Positions 9,828 through 20,557 of a stretch of 64,000 nucleotides of DNA are shown in pieces (within the stretch, counting starts at the first letter, position 1; every line of letters begins with the position of its first letter). A model generated the notes under the pieces. That model saw only the letters and a program-made list of their open reading frames with translations. It was not told the origin of the DNA and ran no database searches. The stretch comes from Promethearchaeati archaeon SRVP18_Atabeyarchaeia-1. Its GTDB lineage: Archaea; Asgardarchaeota; Atabeyarchaeia; Atabeyarchaeales; Atabeyarchaeaceae. A program made the translations under genes and the position numbers. Where the stretch lies: NCBI GenBank assembly GCA_037308085.1, contig CP147779.1, forward strand, positions 2,744,652 through 2,808,651. The letters are read 5' to 3'.

Positions 9828-9941
9828 AGCGTTATTCTATCCTAGGAAAGCAGAAAGGGTAAGAGAATAGTAGCGTCTTATATAGACTGATGAGGCTACA
9901 CTCATTGAATCTAATTGGCCGGCATGTGGTGTGTTCCACCT

Positions 9942-11027
9942 ATGGATCCAGCGCGCAGATTGGAACTTGTCACAAGAGGAACGGAAGAAATCATAACTAG
10001 GGATGAACTCAAGACTCTTCTTGAGACGAAGAGTAGACCAAGAGCATACTGGGGTTTTGAACTGAGTGGTTTTCTCCACCTTGGAACTGGTCTTGTTTGC
10101 GGGAACAAGATCAAGGATTTCGTTGAAGCGGGCTTTGACTTCACAATACTCCTCGCTGACACGCACAGCTTCATAAACAAGAAGCTCGGCGGAAAATGGG
10201 AGAACATCTCGGTCGCGGCAGAGTACTTCAGGCATTGTTTCATTGCTTTGGGCATAGACCCGAAAAGGGTTAGATACCTCCGAGCATCCGAGATGATGAA
10301 CAGGTTTGAGTACTGGTTCAAAGCCCTACAAGTAGCAAGAAGCTCAACGATTAACAGGATGAGGCGAGCCCTTCCAATCATGGGACGCGAGATGACTGGG
10401 GATGACGTCGAAGCGGCCTTTCTATGGTACCCGGCTCTCCAGGCAGCTGACATATTCGATCTTGACCTCCATGTTGCGGCATCAGGGCTCGACCAGAGGA
10501 AGGCACATATGTTAGCTAGGGATGTTGCCGGCAAACTCGGGTGGCGTCCTCCAGTATGCGTGCATACCCCTTTGCTTCCAGGATTGACGGAGACCAAGCA
10601 GAGAATGGAGTACGATGAGGACGAAAAGATTGCGGCAAAGATTTCAGGCAAGATGTCAAAGAGCCTTCCACAAAGCACGATCACAGTCCATGATTCACCC
10701 GAGGTGTTGAAGGAAAAGGTGAAAGGAGCCTTTTGCCCTCCAAAACAGGTTGAGGGGAATCCAATCACGGAGATTGCACGCCTAATAATCTTTGGAGACG
10801 AGAAAGCTAAGTTCATGATAAATAGGCCGACGAAATATGGAGGTCCACTTGAGGTGCAAGATTACCCAGAGCTTGAGAAGGCATACCTCGAGGGGAAGCT
10901 GCACCCAACGGATCTGAAAGAGGCCGTTGCCGATACGCTAATAACTATGCTTAAACCCGTGAGAGACTATTTTGCAGAGAACCCTGAGCCTCTTGAAGCT
11001 ATGAAGAAGATTGCGGTAACTAGGTGA
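9942..11027 (+). CDS. tyrS: Tyrosine--tRNA ligase (archaeal type)
   Basis: 'AYWGFELSGFLHLG' HIGH-like motif, 'YPALQAAD', 'GLDQRKAH', KMSKS, 'LHPTDLK'. Confidence 0.95.
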   Translation: MDPARRLELVTRGTEEIITRDELKTLLETKSRPRAYWGFELSGFLHLGTGLVCGNKIKDFVEAGFDFTILLADTHSFINKKLGGKWENISVAAEYFRHCFIALGIDPKRVRYLRASEMMNRFEYWFKALQVARSSTINRMRRALPIMGREMTGDDVEAAFLWYPALQAADIFDLDLHVAASGLDQRKAHMLARDVAGKLGWRPPVCVHTPLLPGLTETKQRMEYDEDEKIAAKISGKMSKSLPQSTITVHDSPEVLKEKVKGAFCPPKQVEGNPITEIARLIIFGDEKAKFMINRPTKYGGPLEVQDYPELEKAYLEGKLHPTDLKEAVADTLITMLKPVRDYFAENPEPLEAMKKIAVTR

Positions 11028-11104
11028 GCCTTGCAGGAGAAGACAGTGCAAATCATTTCTCCGCCTCTACTTTTCATTTGCAGGGACCTGACACCAGTTG
11101 AGAA

Positions 11105-11250
11105 AACCAGCGACTTGCCAGCCTGACTTGATCCACGGCATCCCGCATTGGCGGAGGTACCTCCAGGGCCACGTATTGAAAACCATGCCAGATCGTGGGC
11201 ACCTAGATCCTTCATGGATCAGGGTTCTGGATCGGGGCTGCGGTCTGGGC
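11105..11250 (-). ncRNA. Candidate small structured RNA
   Basis: Minus-strand TATA-like ATATAAAA (11276-11269), closing helices, three internal hairpins, TTTTCT immediately after. Confidence 0.35.
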
Positions 11251-11428
11251 TGCACTTCAAACCGCACCTTTTATATCAATAAGGAAGAGTTAATTAGGTT
11301 TGCAGGGTGACTTGTGACGGGTTGTTCCAGCCGCCAGAATGGATGAGTGTTTGACCAGTATATAACATGATTTTAACTGTCTGACGCCGCAAGATGAATA
11401 CTGTTTACTAAGAAGGTGACTGCAGAAA

Positions 11429-11731
11429 ATGGTCAGCAAAGATGAAGTTATGAAGGTACTTCAGTCAGTTTATGATCCTGAGATCCCCGTGAGCATAGTG
11501 GATCTTGGACTAATCTATGAGGTCAATGTCGATAAGAGCAGCAATGTCCACATTAAGATGACCTGCACGACACCGTATTGCCCAATGAATGCCTCCATGC
11601 AGAAGGAAGTGAACAGCAAAACTAAAGCAATAAAGGGCGTAAAGGACGTGAAGGTAGACATGGTCTTTGATCCGCCGTGGACTCCAGATAGAATCGCACC
11701 AGAGGCCAGAAAAGAGCTGGGGATTAAGTAG
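11429..11731 (+). CDS. DUF59/SufT/MIP18 metal-sulfur cluster assembly factor
   Basis: 'VYDPEIPVSIVDLGLIY', 'TTPYCP', 'FDPPWTPDRI'. Confidence 0.93.
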   Translation: MVSKDEVMKVLQSVYDPEIPVSIVDLGLIYEVNVDKSSNVHIKMTCTTPYCPMNASMQKEVNSKTKAIKGVKDVKVDMVFDPPWTPDRIAPEARKELGIK

Positions 11732-11915
11732 GTTTTACCGAGTACTGGCCTAGTGTCGCTTCGTGGAGTTTCATTTCAGGCTGAATTCTCTGGGAATATC
11801 AATAATTGACCACGGGTTGTTCTCTTTCTTCTTTCCCTTTCTTTTTCTGACCAAGTCTAACCGTTGGGAAAATCTAAAATACAGAGGAGATCCCACGTTC
11901 CCCCGGTGTCCAAGT

Positions 11916-12065
11916 TTGGGTGAAAAGTGGTTCTCCAAGTGCCCAAGATGCGAGACCATAGCTGAGGTTGAATCTCACCGATATAACCCTCAATACCCGT
12001 GCCATGGAGTCTGCCCAAATTGTAAGGCGGAGTTCTGGAACTGGAGCGTTTGGACAGAGGTATAG
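11916..12065 (+). CDS. Small zinc-ribbon protein (49 aa)
   Basis: TTG start after GGTG; CPRC...CPNC; the longer track ORF runs through the upstream terminator. Confidence 0.55.
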   Translation: MGEKWFSKCPRCETIAEVESHRYNPQYPCHGVCPNCKAEFWNWSVWTEV

Positions 12066-12119
12066 AAATAAGAGTCCGTGGCTATTGCAGTACAAGGCTT
12101 AGGATTGAATTACGGAGAA

Positions 12120-12860
12120 ATGAGAATATTGATTAGTGATGCTCATGTGCATGTGGGCCCTTCAGCCCCTTGGGTTCCGGAAGTCAGCCCAGCGAGGAAT
12201 ATCGAGGAATACCTCAAGGTTATGGAGAAGTATGAAATCGAAAGGGCAATAATCTTCCCCAACCCTGGAGTAGGCGAAGGTTACGCGAAGCAGAATGATG
12301 TTATCGCTGAAGCCCAGAAGAAGTATCCCCATCGGATTATAGGCTTTGGTCGTACAGATCCTAGGCTGGGTGACGGGGCGATAAGAGAGGTCCAGAGGTT
12401 TATAAGTGAGCTCGGTTTGAAGGGAGTCAAGCTTCACCCAATAGTGGAGTGCTTCAGGCCGGACCACCCAGCTTTTGACCCGTTTTTCAAGGCGATTGAG
12501 GACCTGGGTGTTCCAATACTATTCCACTCTTCACCTGGATTCTTCGCGGAGCCCCACCTAATAGCCGTTGTCGCTGAGCGGCACCCCAAGCTCAGAATAT
12601 GCCTTGGGCACCTATATGGTTCAATGCTGCCAATAATAGAGAAGCACAAGAATCTGTGGGCTGAGACAAGCGGTGTATCCCTACCAGCAACAATAGGCAG
12701 CGCAGCAAAGATTGCCCCTGGTAGAATCATGTTCGGGTCTGACTGGCCTTATCTTAGCCCAAGGGTAGAACTAGTAAAGGTTGAAGAGGGAATCGAAGAC
12801 AAGATGATCCAGAAGAAGGTACTTTCGGAGAATTTCAAGAGTTTTGTCGAGAGTCTATGA
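12120..12860 (+). CDS. Amidohydrolase family protein (Amidohydro_2)
   Basis: 'DAHVH', 'GVKLHP', 'ILFHS', 'LGH', 'MFGSDWP'. Confidence 0.9.
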   Translation: MRILISDAHVHVGPSAPWVPEVSPARNIEEYLKVMEKYEIERAIIFPNPGVGEGYAKQNDVIAEAQKKYPHRIIGFGRTDPRLGDGAIREVQRFISELGLKGVKLHPIVECFRPDHPAFDPFFKAIEDLGVPILFHSSPGFFAEPHLIAVVAERHPKLRICLGHLYGSMLPIIEKHKNLWAETSGVSLPATIGSAAKIAPGRIMFGSDWPYLSPRVELVKVEEGIEDKMIQKKVLSENFKSFVESL

Positions 12861-14763
12861 CCGTTCGTCCGACCGGTCGTTTCAGGCTCCTGCTTCCTTT
12901 TTCGACACGGCTTAAAGCAGTGGCTACGATTGCTCCTACTGCAACTCCAGCGGCAAGTGCTGAGAAGATGATTGCCTGCAGAGGAATAGGCGGAAGATAC
13001 GGAGGCCCAGACGGAGACGGGTAGGATGCAAGCATGAAGTAGTATACGGCGTTGCCCGCAATGGTTGGCGCCAGTTGTACCACGATGGTGTTATTGCTGG
13101 TGTCCCTCTGCAGAGGCTGTAACCTAGCCCACAACTGTCCTTGTGAGTCCCACATGAATACGTTCAGGCTGTTCTCATCAGTGTTGGTTGAGTTTAGCTG
13201 CTGGTCAGTGTATCTAACTGAGAGAGTTAGGTTGGTAAGTGTCTGGCCGGAAAGTAGTGAGAAAGTATTGCTTACTAGTGACAACTTCTGTGCTGAACGC
13301 AGCCAAGAGGGCAAGAGCGTGTAGCTGCCAACTGCAATGTCTGAAGGTCCACCAAAGTTCCAAGTGAAATTCAGCTGATTGAATCTATCGTTGAATATGA
13401 TTGGTAGTTGAGATGCCGAGGTCGCTCTGATACTTGAATAAGTGTTGATTGCACAAACTTCTTCAAGCATCCCTAGGCCTCTTCTGCAGACTGGATCTAT
13501 CAATAGATTCGAAGGATTGAAGTAATCCCAAATCCCCCAGCAGATGTACCTGTCCCCGGATGGGCTAATATTGTAGTATTGGTACGCCGAGTAGTTCACA
13601 TACATTTCGCAAGTCATTGCTGGTATTCCTTTCGCTCCGTACATCCAGTCACAAAATTCGCCTGAACAGTTGTATCCGATACCCCCACTGCCAAGTGAGT
13701 AGTAGTAGCCGCTTGCCTGCTGAAAGGCTTCGCCAAACATGTTGAAGAGAGATAAGTTGGCCCCCAGAGAAACGACATCATTCGTGTACGACCACGGGCG
13801 CAGAAGCGTCTCTGAACCTGAGTGAAGGCTCATGGCGAAGATGAACCTATGCGATTCGACTAACCCTTTGATTGCCCGTGTCTCAGGTTCGGAGAACGGT
13901 GCTGGCCCCTTGTAGTCTTCGACTCTCGGGTTTGTTGAGTTGCTACTCATCTCAAACGTGTCATTGAAGTGGAAGTCATAGTTCCTGTTCAGATCGACTC
14001 CACCGGGATTATCACCCACGAAGTCCGGGATAACGCCGTTTCCGTTAGCGTCGATACCTTCGTACGCCTGGTCAGTGGTAACCCAGACAGGATTACTCGC
14101 CGTCCCGAGATTCGTGTCAATTTCGTAGCACTCCAGAAAGCCATCTCTGTTGGCGTCCGTTATGTTGTCTTCGTCGACCAACAAATCATGATCGTCGTCT
14201 ATGGGGTGCATGTTCTTGCGCTGGAATGGGTTGTAGGTCAAGGCGACTTGCATCCCGTCAGGGTTGAGGCAAGGTATGATGTAGATCTCCTTTGAGGCGA
14301 GTAGTTTCCTGATGTTTGCGTCGGTCTGAAGGTTCGCCAGAAGATACCATGTTAGGTAGAGTGCCGCTTCTTGGGTTATGACTTCCCTTGCATGGTGTTC
14401 AGCAACAATGAGTATCTGTTGCTTGGAGGAATTGGCGACGCTCTCGTTTGTTATTCTGATGCAGAGAATGTCTCTACCCTGCCACGTTTTGCCAATTGAG
14501 AAAACGTACGCGAAGCCGCGGTAGCTTTCATTGAAGGAGAGAAGAAGATTTCGAAGACTCGTATAGTCGTGGTAGGACCCCCAGTCTACTGGGACTGGAG
14601 CACTGGAGACATGCAATGGTGAAAGAACGCTGGGTCGACTACTTGCATTAGTGGTATTATCATCTGCAGGTAAGCTTATGGGTGTAGCAGCAACAGTTGC
14701 GAAACAAGGTACAAGTAAGATTGTGACGATCACCACTAGGGAGAGATTGGAGACAGCACCCAT
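12835..14763 (-). CDS. Secreted, membrane-anchored M14 zinc carboxypeptidase
   Basis: Signal peptide, 'HHARE', 'NPDG', 'GVDLNRNY', 'PFSEPET', 'SLHS', acidic DxDxDG-like loops, C-terminal TM helix. Confidence 0.9.
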   Translation of the reverse strand: MGAVSNLSLVVIVTILLVPCFATVAATPISLPADDNTTNASSRPSVLSPLHVSSAPVPVDWGSYHDYTSLRNLLLSFNESYRGFAYVFSIGKTWQGRDILCIRITNESVANSSKQQILIVAEHHAREVITQEAALYLTWYLLANLQTDANIRKLLASKEIYIIPCLNPDGMQVALTYNPFQRKNMHPIDDDHDLLVDEDNITDANRDGFLECYEIDTNLGTASNPVWVTTDQAYEGIDANGNGVIPDFVGDNPGGVDLNRNYDFHFNDTFEMSSNSTNPRVEDYKGPAPFSEPETRAIKGLVESHRFIFAMSLHSGSETLLRPWSYTNDVVSLGANLSLFNMFGEAFQQASGYYYSLGSGGIGYNCSGEFCDWMYGAKGIPAMTCEMYVNYSAYQYYNISPSGDRYICWGIWDYFNPSNLLIDPVCRRGLGMLEEVCAINTYSSIRATSASQLPIIFNDRFNQLNFTWNFGGPSDIAVGSYTLLPSWLRSAQKLSLVSNTFSLLSGQTLTNLTLSVRYTDQQLNSTNTDENSLNVFMWDSQGQLWARLQPLQRDTSNNTIVVQLAPTIAGNAVYYFMLASYPSPSGPPYLPPIPLQAIIFSALAAGVAVGAIVATALSRVEKGSRSLKRPVGRTVIDSRQNS

Positions 14764-14859
14764 TCCGAGTTGCCCACTCCTCGGATGATCACGGCAGCTA
14801 CGTTGCCTATATTTCTTTCTTCTGGGCAGTCTCGGGAGATCAACCTTCTAGTTGATTCT

Positions 14860-15936
14860 TCATGTTATTGAGTCGACCTTGACTGGCTTCCCAACCCTAG
14901 CCGATTCGTGAACTGCTACCACGAACTGAAGGACTTTCTTTCCCTGTTCTCCTGAGAGTATGGGTTCCTTGTCTTCGAGAATGCTGTTGATGAAGTGCCG
15001 ACCAGAGTCTCTGAATGATGCGTCCCATTCGCACTCGATGTTGTTGAAGTGGACTGCGCTGCCGTCAGGTTTGTAGAGTATTAGCGGCGCCTGATCGAGG
15101 AGCTGCCCAGTGCACCGAGTAACAAAAATGTAGCCTTTGTCCCCTGTTATCTCAACTCGATCTTCGTCTCCGTAGAACCGACTTGTGACCGCGCATCCCG
15201 GAGACCAAGTTGTTATGAATGTTCCGAAGGAGCCCTTTGCCTTGTACTTCCATTCGACAAGGGCAGGGCAATCAATCTTCAGCCCTGCTAGGTCGGTGCA
15301 GCCTATCATCGAGAAGACTTCGTCTATTTCGCCCAACAGATACATGGCTAAGGAGAAAACGTGGTAGCCATGATCCCACACTATTGGGCCTCCACCACAG
15401 AGCTTGGGGTTGAACCTCCAAGCCCACGTATCTCCTGGAATCTCCCACCCTCCGACGCCGCAGTTCCCCACCCGGATTACGACCATGCTGGGGTTTCCGA
15501 TCTCTTTCCTTTCGAGTAGCTGCTTCGCCTTTATGTGAGGGGGGTAGAACACGAAGTTCTCATAAACTTTGAACTTGACGGAGGCTTTCTTGGCTGCCGA
15601 GATCATTTCATCTGCCTCTGCGAGGTTCATGGCCATGGGTTTCTGGACTGATACGTGTTTACCTGCCTCTGCGGCTGCAATGGTTACGTCGTGGTGAAGG
15701 TGGTGTGGCAAAAGCACTTCCACTACATCCACCTTCGGATCTTTTAGTAGCTTGCTGTAGTCAGCATAGTGATTTTCAGCGCCCCATGCCCTGGCTTTCT
15801 CCTTTGCCTTGGCTTCAATTGAGTCACATGTCGCGACGATTCTAGCTTTCTTGAAATCCTTGTACGCCAGTGCGTGTAAGTCGGAGATCCTTCCACAACC
15901 TATGATCCCGACACCGAGAACTTTGCCATCTGTCAA
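14860..15936 (-). CDS. Gfo/Idh/MocA family oxidoreductase
   Basis: 'GIIGCGRI', 'GKHVSVQKPMA', 'GGG...DHGYH'; TTG start after GGAGG. Confidence 0.9.
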   Translation of the reverse strand: MTDGKVLGVGIIGCGRISDLHALAYKDFKKARIVATCDSIEAKAKEKARAWGAENHYADYSKLLKDPKVDVVEVLLPHHLHHDVTIAAAEAGKHVSVQKPMAMNLAEADEMISAAKKASVKFKVYENFVFYPPHIKAKQLLERKEIGNPSMVVIRVGNCGVGGWEIPGDTWAWRFNPKLCGGGPIVWDHGYHVFSLAMYLLGEIDEVFSMIGCTDLAGLKIDCPALVEWKYKAKGSFGTFITTWSPGCAVTSRFYGDEDRVEITGDKGYIFVTRCTGQLLDQAPLILYKPDGSAVHFNNIECEWDASFRDSGRHFINSILEDKEPILSGEQGKKVLQFVVAVHESARVGKPVKVDSIT

Positions 15937-16188
15937 CGAAAGACAGCCTCCACTGATCAGCCTACGCAATAAGACTCTTTGCCGAAGTCATGGTCTATGA
16001 AACGTGCTATTATAGTTTGCCTCAAGAATGGGCAAGGATACTTGCCAGAAGCGGCAGTTGAAGTAGGTCGGTTTTTCCTGATCTCCTCAAGAACTCCTCT
16101 CGTCGCGTCGAGTGACCTCTGCTCCTGAACCGTTAACCTCTTTGAAGGCGCGATTATTCCTGCCACCACCTTCTCTAAGACTAGTTCT

Positions 16189-17862
16189 TCACTTATCTGG
16201 GGTTCTCAGTATTGCTCCCTCACTTGCTGAAGTTGCGAGAGCAAGGTATCTTCCGAGATACCCCTTGATCTTCTTGTTAGGCGGACTCCACTTCTGAAGG
16301 CGTTTCTTCAATTCCCGACTCGGGATCAGTAAGTCGATTCTTCTTGTAGGTATGCTATATGATATTCTGTCGCCGCTCTCTACTGCAGCTATCGGCCCTC
16401 CTTCGAAAGCTTCCGGCGAGACGTAGCCTATGGCCGGACCTCTCGTTGATCCGGAGAAGCGACCATCTGTGACGAGTGCGACGCTGGAGTCGAGCTGCAT
16501 GCCGACCAGCATTGATGTGATTGCGTGCATCTCCCGCATTCCAGGCCCTCCTTTTGGTCCCTCATAACGGATTACTATGACTGAGCTCCGCTCTAGGTTA
16601 CCATCAGCCACTGCTCTGGTGGCGTCTTCCATCGAGTCGAACACAATTGCAGGACCCTCGTGTTCGAGCATCGAGGAGTTGACGGCCACCTGTTTTACTA
16701 GCGCTCCCTTTGGTGCGAGGCTACCTTTCAGAACCGCCACGCCCCCTTCCTTGTGCACGGGGCTATCTACAGGCCTTATCACTTCAGGTCTGCTGGTCCG
16801 CTCAACACCTTCAATGTACGACTTCAATGGTTCTCCTGTAACCGTCATTGCTTCCCAGTTTATTGAACTGGAGAGTTCCTTCATTAGAGCAGGTATCCCT
16901 CCAGCTTCATCTAGGTCGTCAAGTGTGTATTCCCCGGAGGGAACAATGGGACATAGGTGTGGAGTGTTTCTGCCAGCTCTGTCGATGTCTTCGAAAGTCA
17001 GTTTGATGCCTAGCTCGTTTGCTATAGCTGGGATATGCAGGCACGCGTTCAGGGACCCTCCGATCGCCATGTCAACAGTGAGGGCATTGGCAAATGCTGC
17101 CTTCGTCATAATCTTTGAAGGAGTGAGGTTCTTTGAAAGTAGATCCATTATGCTTCTTCCGCTTTCCTTGGCGAGGCTCAGCTTTCTCGCGCCCGTTGCA
17201 TGAGCAGTCGCGCACCCCGGCAGGGACATTCCGAGAGCCTCGGTGATGCACGCCATGGTGTTAGCGGTTCCCATCATGGCGCAGGAACCGGGTCCCGGGC
17301 ATGCGGAATCCTCGATGCATTGGAGCTCCTCCATGCTTAGTTCTCCTCTTCTTGCTTTCCCAGAGTACTCACGAATGTGGGTAGTAGTGATCTTCTTCCC
17401 GTGGTACGTGCCCGGTAGCATCGGTCCGCCAGTCACAATTACAGTCGGGATGTCGGTTCTCGCAGCCGCCATGAGATGCCCTGGAACTATCTTGTCGCAA
17501 GATGAGATCATAACCATTGCGTCGAACTGTTGCCCTTGGATCATTACCTCAACCGTGTCTGCTACTAGATCCCGGCTTGGAAGAGAGTACTTCATACCCT
17601 CTGTTCCTTGGCATATTCCATCGCACATGCCAATAGTGTTGAACTCGAAGGGTGTTCCGCCAGCGCTCTTGATTCCAGCCTTGACGGCTTCAGCGAGGGT
17701 ATTGAGGTGTACGTGCCCCGGCACGATCTCGCTGTAGGAGTTTACTACGGCGATCCAGGGTCTCGCAATATCATTTCCAGTAAGTCCAAGAGACTTTAGA
17801 AGAGCTCTCTGGGCGGTTCTATCTATTCCGGTTTTCATCACATCGCTTCTCAAGGCTTTCAA
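16189..17862 (-). CDS. ilvD: Dihydroxy-acid dehydratase (IlvD/Edd family)
   Basis: 'PGHVHL', 'CDG', 'CDKIVPG', '[12 protein letters not shown]', '[13 protein letters not shown]', 'TDGRFSG'; substrate could instead be a sugar acid. Confidence 0.85.
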   Translation of the reverse strand: MKALRSDVMKTGIDRTAQRALLKSLGLTGNDIARPWIAVVNSYSEIVPGHVHLNTLAEAVKAGIKSAGGTPFEFNTIGMCDGICQGTEGMKYSLPSRDLVADTVEVMIQGQQFDAMVMISSCDKIVPGHLMAAARTDIPTVIVTGGPMLPGTYHGKKITTTHIREYSGKARRGELSMEELQCIEDSACPGPGSCAMMGTANTMACITEALGMSLPGCATAHATGARKLSLAKESGRSIMDLLSKNLTPSKIMTKAAFANALTVDMAIGGSLNACLHIPAIANELGIKLTFEDIDRAGRNTPHLCPIVPSGEYTLDDLDEAGGIPALMKELSSSINWEAMTVTGEPLKSYIEGVERTSRPEVIRPVDSPVHKEGGVAVLKGSLAPKGALVKQVAVNSSMLEHEGPAIVFDSMEDATRAVADGNLERSSVIVIRYEGPKGGPGMREMHAITSMLVGMQLDSSVALVTDGRFSGSTRGPAIGYVSPEAFEGGPIAAVESGDRISYSIPTRRIDLLIPSRELKKRLQKWSPPNKKIKGYLGRYLALATSASEGAILRTPDK

Positions 17863-18027
17863 ACACTCCTAGCTGAGTTTCAAGAGGCGGGTAGCTTGGG
17901 CGAAATAGGGACAAGATAGTACACTTGATCTTCGTGGACCCGGATAAGGATGTGAAGCACCACCAATAAAAAACCTCCTTAGAGTAAGCCAGAGTATCAT
18001 ACGCAAATGTGGCTACAGAACAAAAAC

Positions 18028-18495
18028 CTACTTTGTGTCTGGCTGGTGCGCTCCACAGAAATCGCACTCCTCAGAAGCTATTGGAATATCCTTTCCACAT
18101 CTGACACAGCTCTTGAGGAATGACTTTGGAGTTGGTTTGTAAATGCTTGGGGAGTAGGGTATCTCGAAGTCGGCGTTTAGATTACTGGTTCTTAGTCCAT
18201 TTTTCCTTGCAAAGTCTTCGATGAATTCTCGGATATCCCCTACCATCCACCTTCCAAATCCCTCGGTAACACCCAAGTTCACCTTGCACGAATCATTGTC
18301 CTCGAACTCAAATACGAGGATCGCCGATGGGTGCGAGCGACTCCACATTGAGTCCTCCTCAGCAAGGAGAATCTGTATGTCCCCAGTTATGGAACGATAC
18401 CTGTAGGCTAGGAGCTTTTCTGCGATTGCATCAATAAGGGATCGTATTGGTCCCCCTTCAACTCTGATAGCGTCTCTGTTCATGATGGAAAACAT
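18028..18495 (-). CDS. Hypothetical protein with C-terminal zinc ribbon
   Basis: 'CVRCGKDIP...CDFCGAHQ'. Confidence 0.65.
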   Translation of the reverse strand: MFSIMNRDAIRVEGGPIRSLIDAIAEKLLAYRYRSITGDIQILLAEEDSMWSRSHPSAILVFEFEDNDSCKVNLGVTEGFGRWMVGDIREFIEDFARKNGLRTSNLNADFEIPYSPSIYKPTPKSFLKSCVRCGKDIPIASEECDFCGAHQPDTK

Positions 18496-18725
18496 CTCGA
18501 TAATAGCTCAGAACTGTATTGGATTGACGGAGCGATCTGGAACGGAGATTTGCATGCAGTCCCAGCTCAGTATTCGTGAGCTGGTAAGATGAATTGTCTT
18601 TAGGCTTTGTCTCTTTTCCGGGCAGGCTCGAAGATTACCTGAGCGAATCGCCGTAACAGCAATGGTCTCTCAGCTACGTTTGATCCTCTGTATGATCGCG
18701 CCATAATAATCTAGCAGAGTCGCCA

Positions 18726-19691
18726 CTACTGCTCCGCTTTGATGGGGTTTCTGAGTACCCCTATTGACTCAACCTCAGCTTCCACCACATCTCCCGGTTC
18801 GAGCAGTCTGGGCTTTGGCTTCGCGTAGATGCCTACCCCTGAAGGGGTACCAGTAGATATGACGTCTCCCGGCTCAAGCGTGATAGCGTCCGAGATGAAG
18901 TTGATGATGAAGGGGATCTTGAAGATCATGCTCTTCGTGGAGCCATTCTGTCGTACTTCTCCGTTAACTCTCAACTGGATCTTCAGGTTCTGCGGGTCCG
19001 GTATTTGGTCCTTTGTGACCAAGTATGGCCCCATGGGTGCGAAGGTGTCGAAGCTCTTCGCCCTGAAGAACTGCCTGTCATTGAATTGCATTTCTCTCTC
19101 AGATATGTCATTGAGAACAGTATACCCCGCGATGTAGCTGTATGCTTCTTTCTCTGGGATCTTTCTACCCTTCTTGCCTATTACAACTGCGAGTTCGGCT
19201 TCGTAGTCCAGCTTGGTTGCCGTCTTGGGGTAGATGATTTCGTCCTCGGTGCCCACTATGGCGGTCCAAGGTTTGGTGAAGAGGACTGGGTTTTTAGGCG
19301 GCTCTCGGCCGCCCTCCTTTGCGTGGTCGGGGTAGTTCACGGCGAGGCAGATGATGTTCTTTGGGGGCTTGGTGATAGGGGCGCACAACTTGACATCGCC
19401 AAGTCTGTATGCGATTGCCTCCTCCCCCCTTTTCATCTCGAAGACTCCGTCAGCGATTTCTCGCTCGATTCTATGAATCAGATCGCCGACCTTCCTTATC
19501 GAAGAGTCGCCGAACGAAAGGAGTCTCACAAGATCTGCGGGAATCTCTTCAACGGCTTCAGCCTCGCTCAGACCATTACAGGAGGCGTTCGCCAGGCCTA
19601 TGTCAACTAAGATGCTGCCCTGCTTGACCAGCGCACCTAGGCGCTGTTCACTGCTTGTCGTTCTCTTGAAGGTTGCTAGCTTCAAATCCAC
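18726..19691 (-). CDS. Fumarylacetoacetate hydrolase family protein
   Basis: 'NYPDHAKE', 'LDYEAELAVVIG', 'NDISER', 'KSFDTFAPMGP', 'TGTPSGVG'. Confidence 0.93.
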   Translation of the reverse strand: MDLKLATFKRTTSSEQRLGALVKQGSILVDIGLANASCNGLSEAEAVEEIPADLVRLLSFGDSSIRKVGDLIHRIEREIADGVFEMKRGEEAIAYRLGDVKLCAPITKPPKNIICLAVNYPDHAKEGGREPPKNPVLFTKPWTAIVGTEDEIIYPKTATKLDYEAELAVVIGKKGRKIPEKEAYSYIAGYTVLNDISEREMQFNDRQFFRAKSFDTFAPMGPYLVTKDQIPDPQNLKIQLRVNGEVRQNGSTKSMIFKIPFIINFISDAITLEPGDVISTGTPSGVGIYAKPKPRLLEPGDVVEAEVESIGVLRNPIKAEQ

Positions 19692-19701
19692 GAGCCTCTT
19701 C

Positions 19702-20526
19702 TTATTTCAGCCCGATTATCTTTCTAGCTTCGCTTGGGTCAGCAACCTCCCGACCCATGTCCTTGGCCAACTTAACCAAGTTCTCGACTAGCTGAGCAGT
19801 GTTCTTGGCTGGAACGCCCTTCTTAACGTATGGGTAATCTTCCGTCCCGACGCGTACATGTCCGCCCTCAGACAGCGATAGAACTGCTATCTTCAGCTGC
19901 TCGGCTCCCATCACGCTGATCGCGTAGACCGAGTTCGGCCGGAGGTACTTCACTCTGTAGTAGAACTCCTCGGCAGTCGGAGGGCTCCATGTGCCACCTG
20001 GCCATCCGAAGAATAGCGTCTGGTAGTGTGGCGGATCCAGTAGCTTCTTTCTGATAAGGTAGTCGAGGTTCCATAACGAGCCCGTGTTCCAGACCTCCCA
20101 CTCGGGCTTTATCTTGGTGGCTTTGCATTTCTTGCAGTACTCTTCGAGCTCCTCGCGCGGGTGCAGTCTATGGAAGTCCTTCCCAGTGAATGCTTCGTCA
20201 TGATGGTTCAGAATTATTGAGATCATGTCAGGCTTGTTCTCGAATATCTCCTTGCGCTCCTCAATTGATTGGCTTGACATGCCTGCTTGAATAATGATGT
20301 CGCACTTTTCGCGGATCCCGCCTATCGTTTCTTTCCAGCCGCCAACCCCGTGTATGTGTGCAATGCTTGCTCCTGCCTCGTAGCATTTGACTGCTTCATC
20401 AATTATCTCGTCCGCTGTTTTCGGATAGTTGGTCAGTTCGGGGTTAATCCATGAGAAATTCGCCGTTGCGGTTACAATAAGCTTCTCAATCTCATTCTTC
20501 TTGGATGCCACTTCTAGATTCACCAT
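19702..20526 (-). CDS. Beta-keto acid cleavage enzyme (BKACE/Kce family)
   Basis: 'P.TADEIIDEAVKCYEAGASIAHIH', 'GGHVRVGTED', 'GREVADPSEARKI'. Confidence 0.88.
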   Translation of the reverse strand: MVNLEVASKKNEIEKLIVTATANFSWINPELTNYPKTADEIIDEAVKCYEAGASIAHIHGVGGWKETIGGIREKCDIIIQAGMSSQSIEERKEIFENKPDMISIILNHHDEAFTGKDFHRLHPREELEEYCKKCKATKIKPEWEVWNTGSLWNLDYLIRKKLLDPPHYQTLFFGWPGGTWSPPTAEEFYYRVKYLRPNSVYAISVMGAEQLKIAVLSLSEGGHVRVGTEDYPYVKKGVPAKNTAQLVENLVKLAKDMGREVADPSEARKIIGLK

Positions 20527-20557
20527 CTATTGAAATTAGATTGCAGTTACCACGTGC

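Noticed and set aside
9911-10816. Long antisense ORFs (also 16577-17203, 19005-19610, 46914-47795, 56015-56578)
   Set aside because: Shadow frames opposite well-supported genes.
11241-11268. GGTCTGGGCTGCACTTCAAACC resembles part of eukaryotic tRNA-Sec (UCA anticodon loop)
   Set aside because: The anticodon stem does not pair and no variable arm, T-arm or acceptor 3' strand follows.
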